This document shows, in pieces, positions 36,903 through 45,520 of a DNA stretch of 64,000 nt. The first letter of the stretch is position 1. Every line of letters begins with the position of its first letter. The DNA lies in assembly GCA_028706295.1 (NCBI GenBank), contig JAQWBQ010000015.1:386-64385 (forward strand). Direction: 5' to 3'. Position numbers and translations under genes: made by a program. The DNA comes from Bacteroidales bacterium (GTDB lineage Bacteria; Bacteroidota; Bacteroidia; Bacteroidales; FEN-979). Below the pieces are notes generated by a model. That model searched no databases, was not told the origin of the DNA, and was given only the letters and a program-made list of their open reading frames with translations.

Positions 36903-36940
36903 AAAAAGTCCTTATTCCGTCATGGAGTGGGGACTTTTTG
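36903..36940 (+). terminator. Possible terminator hairpin
   Basis: Perfect 9-bp stem AAAAAGTCC (36903-11) / GGACTTTTT (36931-39) with a 19-nt loop. The U-tract is part of the stem, so this is weaker than the others. Confidence 0.4.
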
Positions 36941-37049
36941 ATTGCTGATAATACATTGATTATGAATAATATTTCTGGATTACTGATTTCTTATATTTTT
37001 TATATTATTGATAATCAAATTGTTATTAAAATGTTTCACCATTATTACA

Positions 37050-37093
37050 CCTAAAATAAAAACGGCTGACAATTTTTTGATTATCAGCCGTTT
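37050..37093 (-). terminator. Rho-independent terminator of tRNA-Glu
   Basis: Minus strand reads AAACGGCTGA-(14 nt)-TCAGCCGTTT followed by TTTATTTT. Stem arms at 37060-37069 and 37084-37093. Confidence 0.7.
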
Positions 37094-37106
37094 GCGTCTT
37101 ATTTTG

Positions 37107-37178
37107 TAGCCCGTAGCGGAATCGAACCGCTGTTACCAGGATGAAAACCTGACGTCCTAACCCCTAGACGAACGGGCC
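37107..37178 (-). tRNA. tRNA-Glu (anticodon UUC)
   Basis: Minus strand: GGCCCGTTCGTCTAGGGGTTAGGACGTCAGGTTTTCATCCTGGTAACAGCGGTTCGATTCCGCTACGGGCTA. It folds as a cloverleaf: 7-bp acceptor (G1.U72 wobble), D arm GTCT/GGAC, anticodon stem TCAGG/CCTGG with loop TTTTCAT (TTC at 34-36), T arm AGCGG-TTCGATT-CCGCT. No encoded CCA. Confidence 0.9.
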
Positions 37179-37195
37179 TTATTAATTTGGGTGTG

Positions 37196-37203
37196 CAAAA
37201 TTA
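37196..37203 (-). promoter_or_regulatory. Putative -7 promoter box TAATTTTG for tRNA-Glu
   Basis: Plus-strand caaaatta is TAATTTTG on the minus strand, 18 nt upstream of the tRNA 5' end. Confidence 0.55.
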
Positions 37204-37232
37204 TAAAATCTTTTTAAGTTATACAAGAAAAA

Positions 37233-38234
37233 TCAGAATCCTTCTGATCCGCTATTCAACTTCTCCCTGAGGAGGTTTTGTTCAGTCTCGAGTCGCGCAA
37301 TTTCTTCCGATCGACGGGAAATACTTTTTCGTGTTGATACGATTCGGGCTTCGATTCCGGTCATTGCTGTGCTCTCTTTTCCGGAATCCCTGATTATGTC
37401 CTGCTGATCCAGCAGATCCTGTAAAGAGGAACGGTCGTGGCTTAGTTTTTCCTGTATTTCAAAAATCTCTGCAGCGTATTGCGACAATCTGTAGTTCATC
37501 TTGATTTCCCAGTTCTTTTTCTTGGTCCTGAAAAATTCATCAAGGCGCTTGCTGAGGATATCAAACGCTGTTTGCAAACGGCTGTAAAGCTCTTCACGTT
37601 GTTCGTGAATCATTCGAATTCCTTTGAATTCATTCTGGATCTTCTTTAGGTATTCCCGCGTTTCCTTATATTCATGCGTGGTTTCAGCCTGGTTGAGACC
37701 GTCATCAACCATGAGCTTCAACCGTTGGTAATTTTGTTGTGCTTCGAGTTCGAAAGCATTGCGTTCCTGGTTGCGGCGTGTCTTCAGCGTCTCAAATGCC
37801 TCCTGTAGCTTTCGGAACAGTTCATCGCGCTGTTCGTGAAATAATTTTGCACTTTTTATCTGAGATTGCAGGTCGAGCAAGGAATCCCATAATTGCCTGA
37901 AGTCATCCGTCTCCCGTGATCGACTCAACGCCTCCTCCACAGCTGGAAGTATGGTATTATAATTTTCAAGTACCAGTCTTTCGAAGGAAAGCTTTTCTTC
38001 CTCGATCCGTTTATTTACAATTGCAAATGCCTCCTGAAGTCTGGCATAAAGATTTTCCCTGTCGTCCCGGTACAATTTCAGCCCCCTGAATTGATTCTGG
38101 ACCTGAATCAGCAGGCTTTTTGCTTCACGGGGATCGTGAATACGGATGGCTTTTGGAATCTCTGATTCGACGACCTCCTGAAGCCGTAAAAAATTCAGTC
38201 GGGCATCGTCGGTACGGTCTTTTTCCTGATCCAT
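37233..38234 (-). CDS. Coiled-coil protein with three ~85-aa internal repeats (DUF349-like pattern, unverified)
   Basis: 333 aa, highly charged helical sequence. Repeated motif: FRGLKLYRDDRENLYARLQEAF / IKSAKLFHEQRDELFRKLQEAF / FKGIRMIHEQREELYSRLQTAF. Confidence 0.6.
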   Translation of the reverse strand: MDQEKDRTDDARLNFLRLQEVVESEIPKAIRIHDPREAKSLLIQVQNQFRGLKLYRDDRENLYARLQEAFAIVNKRIEEEKLSFERLVLENYNTILPAVEEALSRSRETDDFRQLWDSLLDLQSQIKSAKLFHEQRDELFRKLQEAFETLKTRRNQERNAFELEAQQNYQRLKLMVDDGLNQAETTHEYKETREYLKKIQNEFKGIRMIHEQREELYSRLQTAFDILSKRLDEFFRTKKKNWEIKMNYRLSQYAAEIFEIQEKLSHDRSSLQDLLDQQDIIRDSGKESTAMTGIEARIVSTRKSISRRSEEIARLETEQNLLREKLNSGSEGF

Positions 38235-38236
38235 TC

Positions 38237-38857
38237 TTATTTCTTCACACAGCGAACGCTGAAAGCAGACTGGATATCATTTGAACTTTTCCCGATACTC
38301 TTATCTCCACGTACAAACAGATAATTGTTTGCCGCATCACCCGAGAGTGTAGCAGACCATAATCCCCCCCAAATCCCAACTCCTGTGAATGTACTGTCGG
38401 CATGCCTGATGCCGGCTAATAATGATGAAAGGGTCTTTGCATTTTCAGGCAAATTGGTATTCGCCGCCCAATAGATGGAGTCGACAGCCTGTAGTTTTCC
38501 GCCGGCTGCTTCATTTCCCCCCAGGCTCCGGATCATTGCATCAAAGTCGATATCAGCAGGCAACCTCCAACCTTTCGGACAGGAAGTCATGGCGGCAGCG
38601 TGGGTGTACAACCTTCCGTAAATGGCTTCATTGCCTGATTCATTATTATAAAGCCAGCTTCCGGAAGAGGAGAGGTATTTAAGGTTTTCAGCCATCCAAA
38701 CCTTCTTTCCGATCTTGATCCATTGGTAAACACGATTGTCACGGGAATCCTTAAAAGAACCCTTATCCTGGGCAGCAAGCGAAGGAACCATTCCCACCAT
38801 CATTACGGTGACCAGGATGCAAAGGACAACCGCCACAAAATTCTTTTGATTTTTCAT
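38237..38857 (-). CDS. Small secreted FISUMP-domain protein
   Basis: 206 aa. Signal peptide, then DSRDNRVYQWIKIGKKVWMAENL ... CPKGWRLPADIDFDAM ... FSVRCVKK. Its stop lies 2 nt before the start of the coiled-coil gene. Confidence 0.8.
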   Translation of the reverse strand: MKNQKNFVAVVLCILVTVMMVGMVPSLAAQDKGSFKDSRDNRVYQWIKIGKKVWMAENLKYLSSSGSWLYNNESGNEAIYGRLYTHAAAMTSCPKGWRLPADIDFDAMIRSLGGNEAAGGKLQAVDSIYWAANTNLPENAKTLSSLLAGIRHADSTFTGVGIWGGLWSATLSGDAANNYLFVRGDKSIGKSSNDIQSAFSVRCVKK

Positions 38858-39067
38858 TTTTTCAGATTTTATTTTATCGGTTTAATAAAAGTTATACAGC
38901 CGTCGGCGTATGTTTTTCCAAATTCAAATCAGTTATTTTGGTCGTGTAAAATTAGACGAGTTTCCTAAATTCACCAAATCTGAATGAAAATATTCCATTT
39001 CACAACTCCTATTTTCTGCCGGTCATTTTCAAGATGAAAAACCGTATTTTCGCAAAAATCATGATTC

Positions 39068-40411
39068 ATGACAAAAAATTCAATGCTGCGAAGTGAAACT
39101 GGGAAAAGTTACCTGATTCCCTTTATTTTATTGACTTCACTCTTTTTTCTTTGGGGATTTGCACACGGATTGCTCGATGTACTGAACAAACACTTTCAGG
39201 AACTGCTTCATATGTCAAGGGCCGAATCGGGATTGGTGCAATTCTCGGTGTATGGTGGTTATTTCCTCGCTGCATTGCCCGCAGGTTGGTTCATGAATCG
39301 ATTCGGATATAAGCGGGGTATTATAACCGGACTGCTGCTGTACGCTTTTGGTGCTTTCTGCTTTTACCCTGCTGCTGCGATTCAAACATTTCCTCCATTT
39401 CTTACGGCTTTGTTGATTATTGCCTTCGGCCTCGCGTTCCTTGAAACCGCGGCAAATCCTTATGTGTCGGTGCTGGGACCTCCTGAAAGCGCTGAACGAC
39501 GGCTTAATTTTTCGCAATCCTTCAATGGGTTGGGCTGGATCTTCGGCCCGCTCACCGGTGGAATGATTATTTTCGGACTCCAGTCAAGTGGAGAAAATCC
39601 ATTTTCCTCAATCTCATGGCCCTATATCGGAGTCGGATTTGTAGTGCTGATGGTGGCATTGCTGTTTTACAAGACCAGACTGCCTGAAATACAGGAACAT
39701 TCCCCCCCGGAGCTCTCCTGTCGTCAACCGGAAAGAGAAGAATCAGCGACCGTTGCCGGATCAACCAATCTAAGAGAGAAAATCTCAATGGATATCCCTG
39801 TAAAAGGAAGGTACAAGGACTTACTTAAACACAGAATCTTTCTCCTTGCAGTCGTTGCACAGTTCCTTTATGTAGCTGCGCAGACTGGGATCAATAGTTT
39901 TTTTATAAACTTTACAACGGAAACCATCCAGGGAATCACCAATAAACAGGCTGCCCTGTTGCTCTCATTCGGAGGAATGGGACTCTTCTGGGCCGGCCGG
40001 TTGTCGGGTAGTTTTTTGATGCGTCGCTTTCTTCCCGATAAATTGTTATCGGTTTTCGCATCCTTGTGCGTCCTTTTAATGGTTCTTGTCATTTCCGGAC
40101 TTGGCTGGCTTTCAGTGACGGCGCTTTTCGTTACCTATTTCTTTATGTCGATCATGTTCCCGACGATCTTTGTCCTGGGTCTCAAAGAATTGGGCCCTTT
40201 AACAAAAATAGGTTCTTCTTTTCTGGTTATGGCGATCGTCGGGGGAGCTTTAAGTCCCATCTTCATGGGTTACATTGCCGACCAAACTGCCATTCAGTGG
40301 GGTTTTTTTGTGCCCCTTGCCTGTTTTGTCTATGTGGTCTTTTTTGCGAAAATAGCCGGGTACGGAAGGAAAATCTTGCCTCTGCGATCGAAAGCCGGAA
40401 TTACAAGCTAA
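39068..40411 (+). CDS. fucP: L-fucose:H+ symporter-type MFS permease
   Basis: The N-terminal SYLIPFILLTSLFFLWGFAHGLLDVLNKHFQ ... GLVQFSVYGGYFLAALPAG closely parallels E. coli FucP (SYIIPFALLCSLFFLWAVANNLNDILLPQFQ ...). 12 TM with a long central loop. Confidence 0.85.
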   Translation: MTKNSMLRSETGKSYLIPFILLTSLFFLWGFAHGLLDVLNKHFQELLHMSRAESGLVQFSVYGGYFLAALPAGWFMNRFGYKRGIITGLLLYAFGAFCFYPAAAIQTFPPFLTALLIIAFGLAFLETAANPYVSVLGPPESAERRLNFSQSFNGLGWIFGPLTGGMIIFGLQSSGENPFSSISWPYIGVGFVVLMVALLFYKTRLPEIQEHSPPELSCRQPEREESATVAGSTNLREKISMDIPVKGRYKDLLKHRIFLLAVVAQFLYVAAQTGINSFFINFTTETIQGITNKQAALLLSFGGMGLFWAGRLSGSFLMRRFLPDKLLSVFASLCVLLMVLVISGLGWLSVTALFVTYFFMSIMFPTIFVLGLKELGPLTKIGSSFLVMAIVGGALSPIFMGYIADQTAIQWGFFVPLACFVYVVFFAKIAGYGRKILPLRSKAGITS

Positions 40412-40742
40412 AAACAGGCTCCATCAACTTCCATTTTTCCGATGATGTAGATCCCGGGACAGAAACCTGAAAACGTGATGTAAACGATTCCCACTCCATT
40501 TGACGCGGCAGTGACGCAAGCAGTGCCATATCCCGCTCAAAATCAAAATCCGGACCTCCTTCCAGCAACATGAACAAATGGTTGCCCATCCGGTAAATCT
40601 CCATTGTTTCAATCCCGACAGCCCTGATGCCTTCAGGGATTTCAGGCCAGATATTCTCGGACTTGTGCCAATAAAGATATTCTTTTATCAGATCAGGGTC
40701 ATCCTTTAAATCAAGGGTCAGACAGAAACGTTTTTTTCTCAT
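40401..40742 (-). CDS. L-rhamnose mutarotase family protein (RhaM/YiiL fold), likely 6-deoxyhexose mutarotase
   Basis: 113 aa. MRKKRFCLTLDLKDDPDLIKEYLYWHKSENIWPEI parallels YiiL ([25 protein letters not shown]). Its 3' end overlaps fucP by 11 nt. Confidence 0.75.
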   Translation of the reverse strand: MRKKRFCLTLDLKDDPDLIKEYLYWHKSENIWPEIPEGIRAVGIETMEIYRMGNHLFMLLEGGPDFDFERDMALLASLPRQMEWESFTSRFQVSVPGSTSSEKWKLMEPVFSL

Positions 40743-40917
40743 AAAAGATTTTTTCGAAAATTACTAAAATATGATTCCGATTTTATAAAATCACCAGTCG
40801 GAAATGTAATTTTTATCTTTGTAAACTACATCTTATTGACAATAATTTGACTTTTACAATGCAGTTATCCCGAGATGAACAGTATTTCTTTGTTTTCGAA
40901 CCTGTTCAGATTCGGTA

Positions 40918-40925
40918 TATCTTTG
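40918..40925 (+). promoter_or_regulatory. Putative -7 box TATCTTTG upstream of fkp (second copy at 40814-40821)
   Basis: Two exact TAnnTTTG matches in the divergent intergenic region, 14 nt and 118 nt upstream of ATG 40939. Which one is used cannot be decided from sequence. Confidence 0.45.
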
Positions 40926-40938
40926 AAAAAAATCCGCT

Positions 40939-43797
40939 ATGGAAATACTACTTTCAGTGCCGCCTCACTATGCCGATTACATCCGAAAACATAAGTTTAG
41001 CTTTCCTGAAATAACCGCCGTTTATTCTGATCCTCCCGGACAAAAATCGGGTTCCGGGGGCGGAACGGTCAACATATTATGGCAACACGGAATGGATCCT
41101 GCCGGGAGAAGGATCATTGTTCATGCTGACGGTCAAAGTCGCAGGTTGCCTTCTTACGCGCCGGTTGGCAAGAGTTTTATTCCCTTTCCGGTGTTTAAAT
41201 GGGGGAGGGGTCAGCACATCGATCAAACCCTTCTTAATGTTCAGCTCCCGTTGCTTAAGAAAATTCTGGAATCGGCCCCCGAAGGACTTAACACGCTTAT
41301 TGCAAGCGGAGATGCGCTTGTCTGGGCAGAAACCTTTTCAGCGAATATTCCCGAGGCAGATGTCGTTTGCGTTGGAATCTGGGCTCAACCCGAAGTGGCC
41401 GGCCGGCATGGGGTTTTTATCTGTCCCAGGCATGACCCGACACAGCTCGACCATATGCTTCAGAAACCCGACCTCCGGACACTGCAAGAACTTGCCGGGG
41501 ACTATCTGTACCTGCTCGATGCAGGCATTTGGCTTCTTTCAGACCGTGCACTGGAACTGCTTTTTGAAAAGGCCGGATGGAATGCAGGGAAGCACGCATT
41601 CAGAAATACAGTACCGGAGTATTATGATTTGTATACAGATTTTGGAAAAATACTCGGAACCGGCTCAGGAAAAGAACACGGCCGCCGTACGCCAAATCTT
41701 ACTTGCCGGATCCTCCCATTGGATAAGGGTGAATTTTATCATTTCGGATCAAATGCCGATCTCCTCAGGTCAACAGCGGCAATGCAAAACAGGGTGATTG
41801 ATCAGCGTGAAATTTGGCATAAAAAAATTAAACCCGCCCCCGAGATCTTTGTCCAGAATTCAATCACCGGTGTTTCTTTCCTCGAAACCAACACCTCCAT
41901 TTGGATAGAAAATTCTCATATTCCCGCGGGCTGGACGTTGCATGATCACCATATTCTGACAGGGGTACCCGAAAATTCCTGGGAAATTGAGTTGCCGCCA
42001 GGACTGTGTATTGACTTTGTCCCGGTTGAGTCGAACGACTGGGTTCTCCGCATTTATCAATTTGAGGATTCTTTCAAAAGTCACGAAGGGATTGATTTTG
42101 ATCCCTATACCTTACCCCGTTACCCGGTTTATGCTGCAAAAGATCTTTCTTCCGATCTGTTGAATTATTGGATCAGGCGAAGTCGTGCTGATCCACCGCC
42201 GCAATTGAAAATGAAAAAAACCGGCAACGAAGATCCTGTCACAACAAGACGTTCCCGCAATGAACAGGTGTTTAATCAGGATTTACTGATAAATACCGAG
42301 GCCTTGCCTGTTCCTAAAAGATTTCTATCGGCACGGGAACTGATATCGGGTGTGAACCTGTCCCGACTTATCCGGCAGCGAAGTGCCAATGTAAAACATT
42401 CCCTGCAGGCCGTGGCGCGTAATCACCGGCACAGCATCTTTTATCAGCTTGACCTGAAAAAACTTGCCGAAATGTTTCACCTTACAGGCCTTGATCTCCC
42501 GGAAGTTCCGGATGCTACCACCGACCTCATGACCCGGATACATGATCTGATGTTCCGTTCCGCTTATACCAGGAAAAAGTCGGAGGCCGATTCTCTTAGG
42601 TTTGAAGATGATGCATTCAGATTAATGCGGGATGGGATGTTGACTGATATTGCAAAAGTCAAGGAAAATCCGGTCATTTCACTGAAATGGGATCAGATTC
42701 TTTGGGTCAGGAGTCCACTGAGACTTGATCTGGCCGGTGGATGGACCGATACGCCTCCCTACTGCATACTTTACGGAGGCGCCGTGGTAAACATGGCTGT
42801 CGAGCTTAACGGCCAGCCTCCCATCCAGGTTTATATCCGCCGGACAAAGAATCCTGAAATAATTATTCATTCCATCGATCTCGGAGTAAGCGAGGTGATC
42901 CGCGAATACCAGGACCTGCAGAACATGGCAGTGGTCGGGTCCGCGTTTTCCGTACCTAAAGCAGCATTGATGCTGACCGGGTTTTATCCTGACTATTCGG
43001 GACATCAATACAAAACACTTCGTAAACAGTTACAGAGTGTCGGTGGCGGACTTGACATTTCGCTGATGGTTGCAGTGCCGAAAGGGTCGGGTCTGGGAAC
43101 CAGCTCAATCCTTGCATCAACCCTTTTAAAGGGACTTTCTGATTGTTGTTCTCTGGATTGGGATCTAGGAGAGGTGTCGTCCAGAACGCTCCTGCTAGAA
43201 CAATTACTCACAACCGGCGGGGGATGGCAGGATCAGATCGGAGGTATTTATGAAGGGGTTAAACTCATTGAAAGTACTCCTGGGCTCAGGCAACGACCTT
43301 CCCTCTGCTGGGCCCCTGACCATTTATTCACTGAAATCTGTTTCCACGATCAGATATTGATCTATTATACCGGAATCACGAGGATCGCCAAGCATATTTT
43401 AAAAGATATTGTTCGGGGTATGTTCCTCAACTCATCCCGTCACCTTGAAATTCTGAACGAGATGAAACATCATGCCCGCATCACCTACAATTCTTTGCAA
43501 CGCCATCACTGGCAGGGACTGAATTCAGCCATTGCCCGCTCCTGGAAACTTAACCAGATGCTCGATTCAGGGACCAACCCGCCTGCCATCAACAATATCA
43601 TTGACCGGATTAAAGATTACACCGCTGCCTGTAAATTATTGGGTGCCGGAGGCGGTGGTTATCTGATGATCTTTGCAAAGGATCCCAAAGCGGCGGGAAT
43701 CATCAAATCAAAGCTTATTCAGGATCCACCCAACCCACAGGCAAGGTTTGTTGACTGGAATCTTTCATATACAGGCCTCGAGATTACCAAAAGTTGA
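40939..43797 (+). CDS. fkp: Bifunctional L-fucokinase / fucose-1-phosphate guanylyltransferase
   Basis: 952 aa (B. fragilis Fkp is about 949 aa). N-terminal pyrophosphorylase block GQSRRLPSYAPVGKSFIPFPVF ... LIASGDALV ... EADVVCVGIW. C-terminal GHMP kinase motif PKGSGLGTSSILAST and GAGGGGYLMIFAKDP. Confidence 0.9.
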   Translation: MEILLSVPPHYADYIRKHKFSFPEITAVYSDPPGQKSGSGGGTVNILWQHGMDPAGRRIIVHADGQSRRLPSYAPVGKSFIPFPVFKWGRGQHIDQTLLNVQLPLLKKILESAPEGLNTLIASGDALVWAETFSANIPEADVVCVGIWAQPEVAGRHGVFICPRHDPTQLDHMLQKPDLRTLQELAGDYLYLLDAGIWLLSDRALELLFEKAGWNAGKHAFRNTVPEYYDLYTDFGKILGTGSGKEHGRRTPNLTCRILPLDKGEFYHFGSNADLLRSTAAMQNRVIDQREIWHKKIKPAPEIFVQNSITGVSFLETNTSIWIENSHIPAGWTLHDHHILTGVPENSWEIELPPGLCIDFVPVESNDWVLRIYQFEDSFKSHEGIDFDPYTLPRYPVYAAKDLSSDLLNYWIRRSRADPPPQLKMKKTGNEDPVTTRRSRNEQVFNQDLLINTEALPVPKRFLSARELISGVNLSRLIRQRSANVKHSLQAVARNHRHSIFYQLDLKKLAEMFHLTGLDLPEVPDATTDLMTRIHDLMFRSAYTRKKSEADSLRFEDDAFRLMRDGMLTDIAKVKENPVISLKWDQILWVRSPLRLDLAGGWTDTPPYCILYGGAVVNMAVELNGQPPIQVYIRRTKNPEIIIHSIDLGVSEVIREYQDLQNMAVVGSAFSVPKAALMLTGFYPDYSGHQYKTLRKQLQSVGGGLDISLMVAVPKGSGLGTSSILASTLLKGLSDCCSLDWDLGEVSSRTLLLEQLLTTGGGWQDQIGGIYEGVKLIESTPGLRQRPSLCWAPDHLFTEICFHDQILIYYTGITRIAKHILKDIVRGMFLNSSRHLEILNEMKHHARITYNSLQRHHWQGLNSAIARSWKLNQMLDSGTNPPAINNIIDRIKDYTAACKLLGAGGGGYLMIFAKDPKAAGIIKSKLIQDPPNPQARFVDWNLSYTGLEITKS

Positions 43798-43867
43798 TCT
43801 TTCATTAAAGACCTGAAAAAATCAACTTTACCCCCGGGATGAAAAAATTTTCTTACAGAAAGTGCGG

Positions 43868-45472
43868 CTACTTTAAAATTATGAAGGAGCCCTGACCGAT
43901 CTGGTCCTTCTGCCTGATCACATACTGGTATATGCCCCCGGGCAGGGATGTCAGTAATACAGAAATGATCCGGGTCCCCTTTTCATGGCCTGATACACGA
44001 TCATAAACCTGTTTTCCAGCGGCATCAAGGATCGATATCCTGATTCCGGCGTCACCGGCATCTGCCAATTCAAAATAAATTATATCACGGGCTGGATCAG
44101 GGAAAACCCTTCTAACAAATTCTGAGGAGTTATCAGGGTTTCCGGGAATCCCGGTAGGTGAATATTCGGGTTCAAACACCGCCATGCCATTTCCTCCGGG
44201 CCGGACCCCGTTCCAGATGTGGAAGGCTTTTTGTTTGACGGGATTCATTAAAACCCTTGGACAGGGAGCCGTCAGATTGTTCTGGTCATTATAGCCCGTT
44301 TTGATGATTTCCCAGGATGATGGATCGGTGAGCTCCTGAGACTTATTGACATAATTCAGTTGTTGTGACGTGGAATCAAAGTAAGTTGCCAGAAATTTAT
44401 TGCTTTGGGGATCAAAAGAAATATCGGGTTGCAGGTTATATTTGGTATTACCGGTAACATCAAGCCTTGTCCAAAAACCACCCCCCAACGGTGATTTGTT
44501 CGATGTCCCTGCAATATTGTAGTTGCCCGCATTCACAAAACGTTCGAACAGGATTGCAACGGAAAGGCCTTTGATACCATTCGAAATGTTATTATGTTGG
44601 CAGGCGATGGAGGGATTTTTACATAGATTCGATAATCCCGCCGCATCATCCATGCTGACCATGAATGTAAAGTCGCTGTTAAAAGAAGCTTGATTATGGG
44701 TTTCCCAGATTTTCCCCAGTAAACCGGTAGTCGGTTCTTCGATTGCTGCAAAATAGATTCCATTAGGGTAATCAAGTGACCGGCCAGGTGCCAGGGCAAC
44801 CTGTCCGTACTTCCCCCATGAAATCCCCAGTACCTTGCGGGTTGAAAAAGTCGTACCTCCGTCACCTGAAACCATAAAAATGGCGGTATCTGCGGGTGAT
44901 GAGTCGGTCGTGAAAACAACCCCGATACTGTATGGTGATGCACCCGAGGAAGGGAATGGAAAATCAGAGGCGATCGCGACATCATGATAGGCTGCGTCGT
45001 TCATCGAATGCAGTTGCGACTCCCCAAGCTGGATCATGGATGCATCGAAAGTATAAACCATAATTGAAACAGAAGCCCTGCCGGGAATAATAACGGAACT
45101 GGTGGCAATAAATAACCTGATATCGCTTTCATCATTACCGCAAACACTCAAACCCAGGGATTCACAAATTGTCCCGGGCTGGGTTACGGAAGATACGGAC
45201 CAGGTCAATCCGTGATCTATTGATTTCGCTATCTGAAAACCGCCGGTTCCCAATGAATAGCAGGCAAACAGCCAACCGTTCGGAGCAACACCGATTTGTG
45301 CATTCCGCTGATCCTGGGTTGCATCATCATGAACGATAATGTCGGTCCCGTACTTTAGATTGTCGCCTTCAACCAAAGGCTGAATGTTTTGAGCCCTGTT
45401 AATTACCTGTCCGGATGTATATACCCATGTCAGCAACATCAGCGTGACCATGGAGCGTGCTTTTGCTTTCAT
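43868..45472 (-). CDS. Secreted BNR/sialidase-fold-like protein with T9SS C-terminal sorting domain
   Basis: Asp-box-like SIDHGLTWS and SGDGGTTFS. C-terminal VFPDPARDIIYFEL ... LPGGIYQYVIRQ ... SFIILK is a T9SS CTD. Confidence 0.75.
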   Translation of the reverse strand: MKAKARSMVTLMLLTWVYTSGQVINRAQNIQPLVEGDNLKYGTDIIVHDDATQDQRNAQIGVAPNGWLFACYSLGTGGFQIAKSIDHGLTWSVSSVTQPGTICESLGLSVCGNDESDIRLFIATSSVIIPGRASVSIMVYTFDASMIQLGESQLHSMNDAAYHDVAIASDFPFPSSGASPYSIGVVFTTDSSPADTAIFMVSGDGGTTFSTRKVLGISWGKYGQVALAPGRSLDYPNGIYFAAIEEPTTGLLGKIWETHNQASFNSDFTFMVSMDDAAGLSNLCKNPSIACQHNNISNGIKGLSVAILFERFVNAGNYNIAGTSNKSPLGGGFWTRLDVTGNTKYNLQPDISFDPQSNKFLATYFDSTSQQLNYVNKSQELTDPSSWEIIKTGYNDQNNLTAPCPRVLMNPVKQKAFHIWNGVRPGGNGMAVFEPEYSPTGIPGNPDNSSEFVRRVFPDPARDIIYFELADAGDAGIRISILDAAGKQVYDRVSGHEKGTRIISVLLTSLPGGIYQYVIRQKDQIGQGSFIILK

Positions 45473-45520
45473 AAATTATTAATTTACAATATAGATATAA
45501 TATTGCTGATGATTTTTCGG

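Noticed and set aside
36840-37232. tRNA-Glu as an integration site of a genomic island or prophage
   Set aside because: The window has no integrase, excisionase or phage genes. I also could not find a direct repeat of the tRNA 3' end (GGTTCGATTCCGCTACGGGC) in the flanking intergenic regions. The island-like character remains only compositional and contextual.
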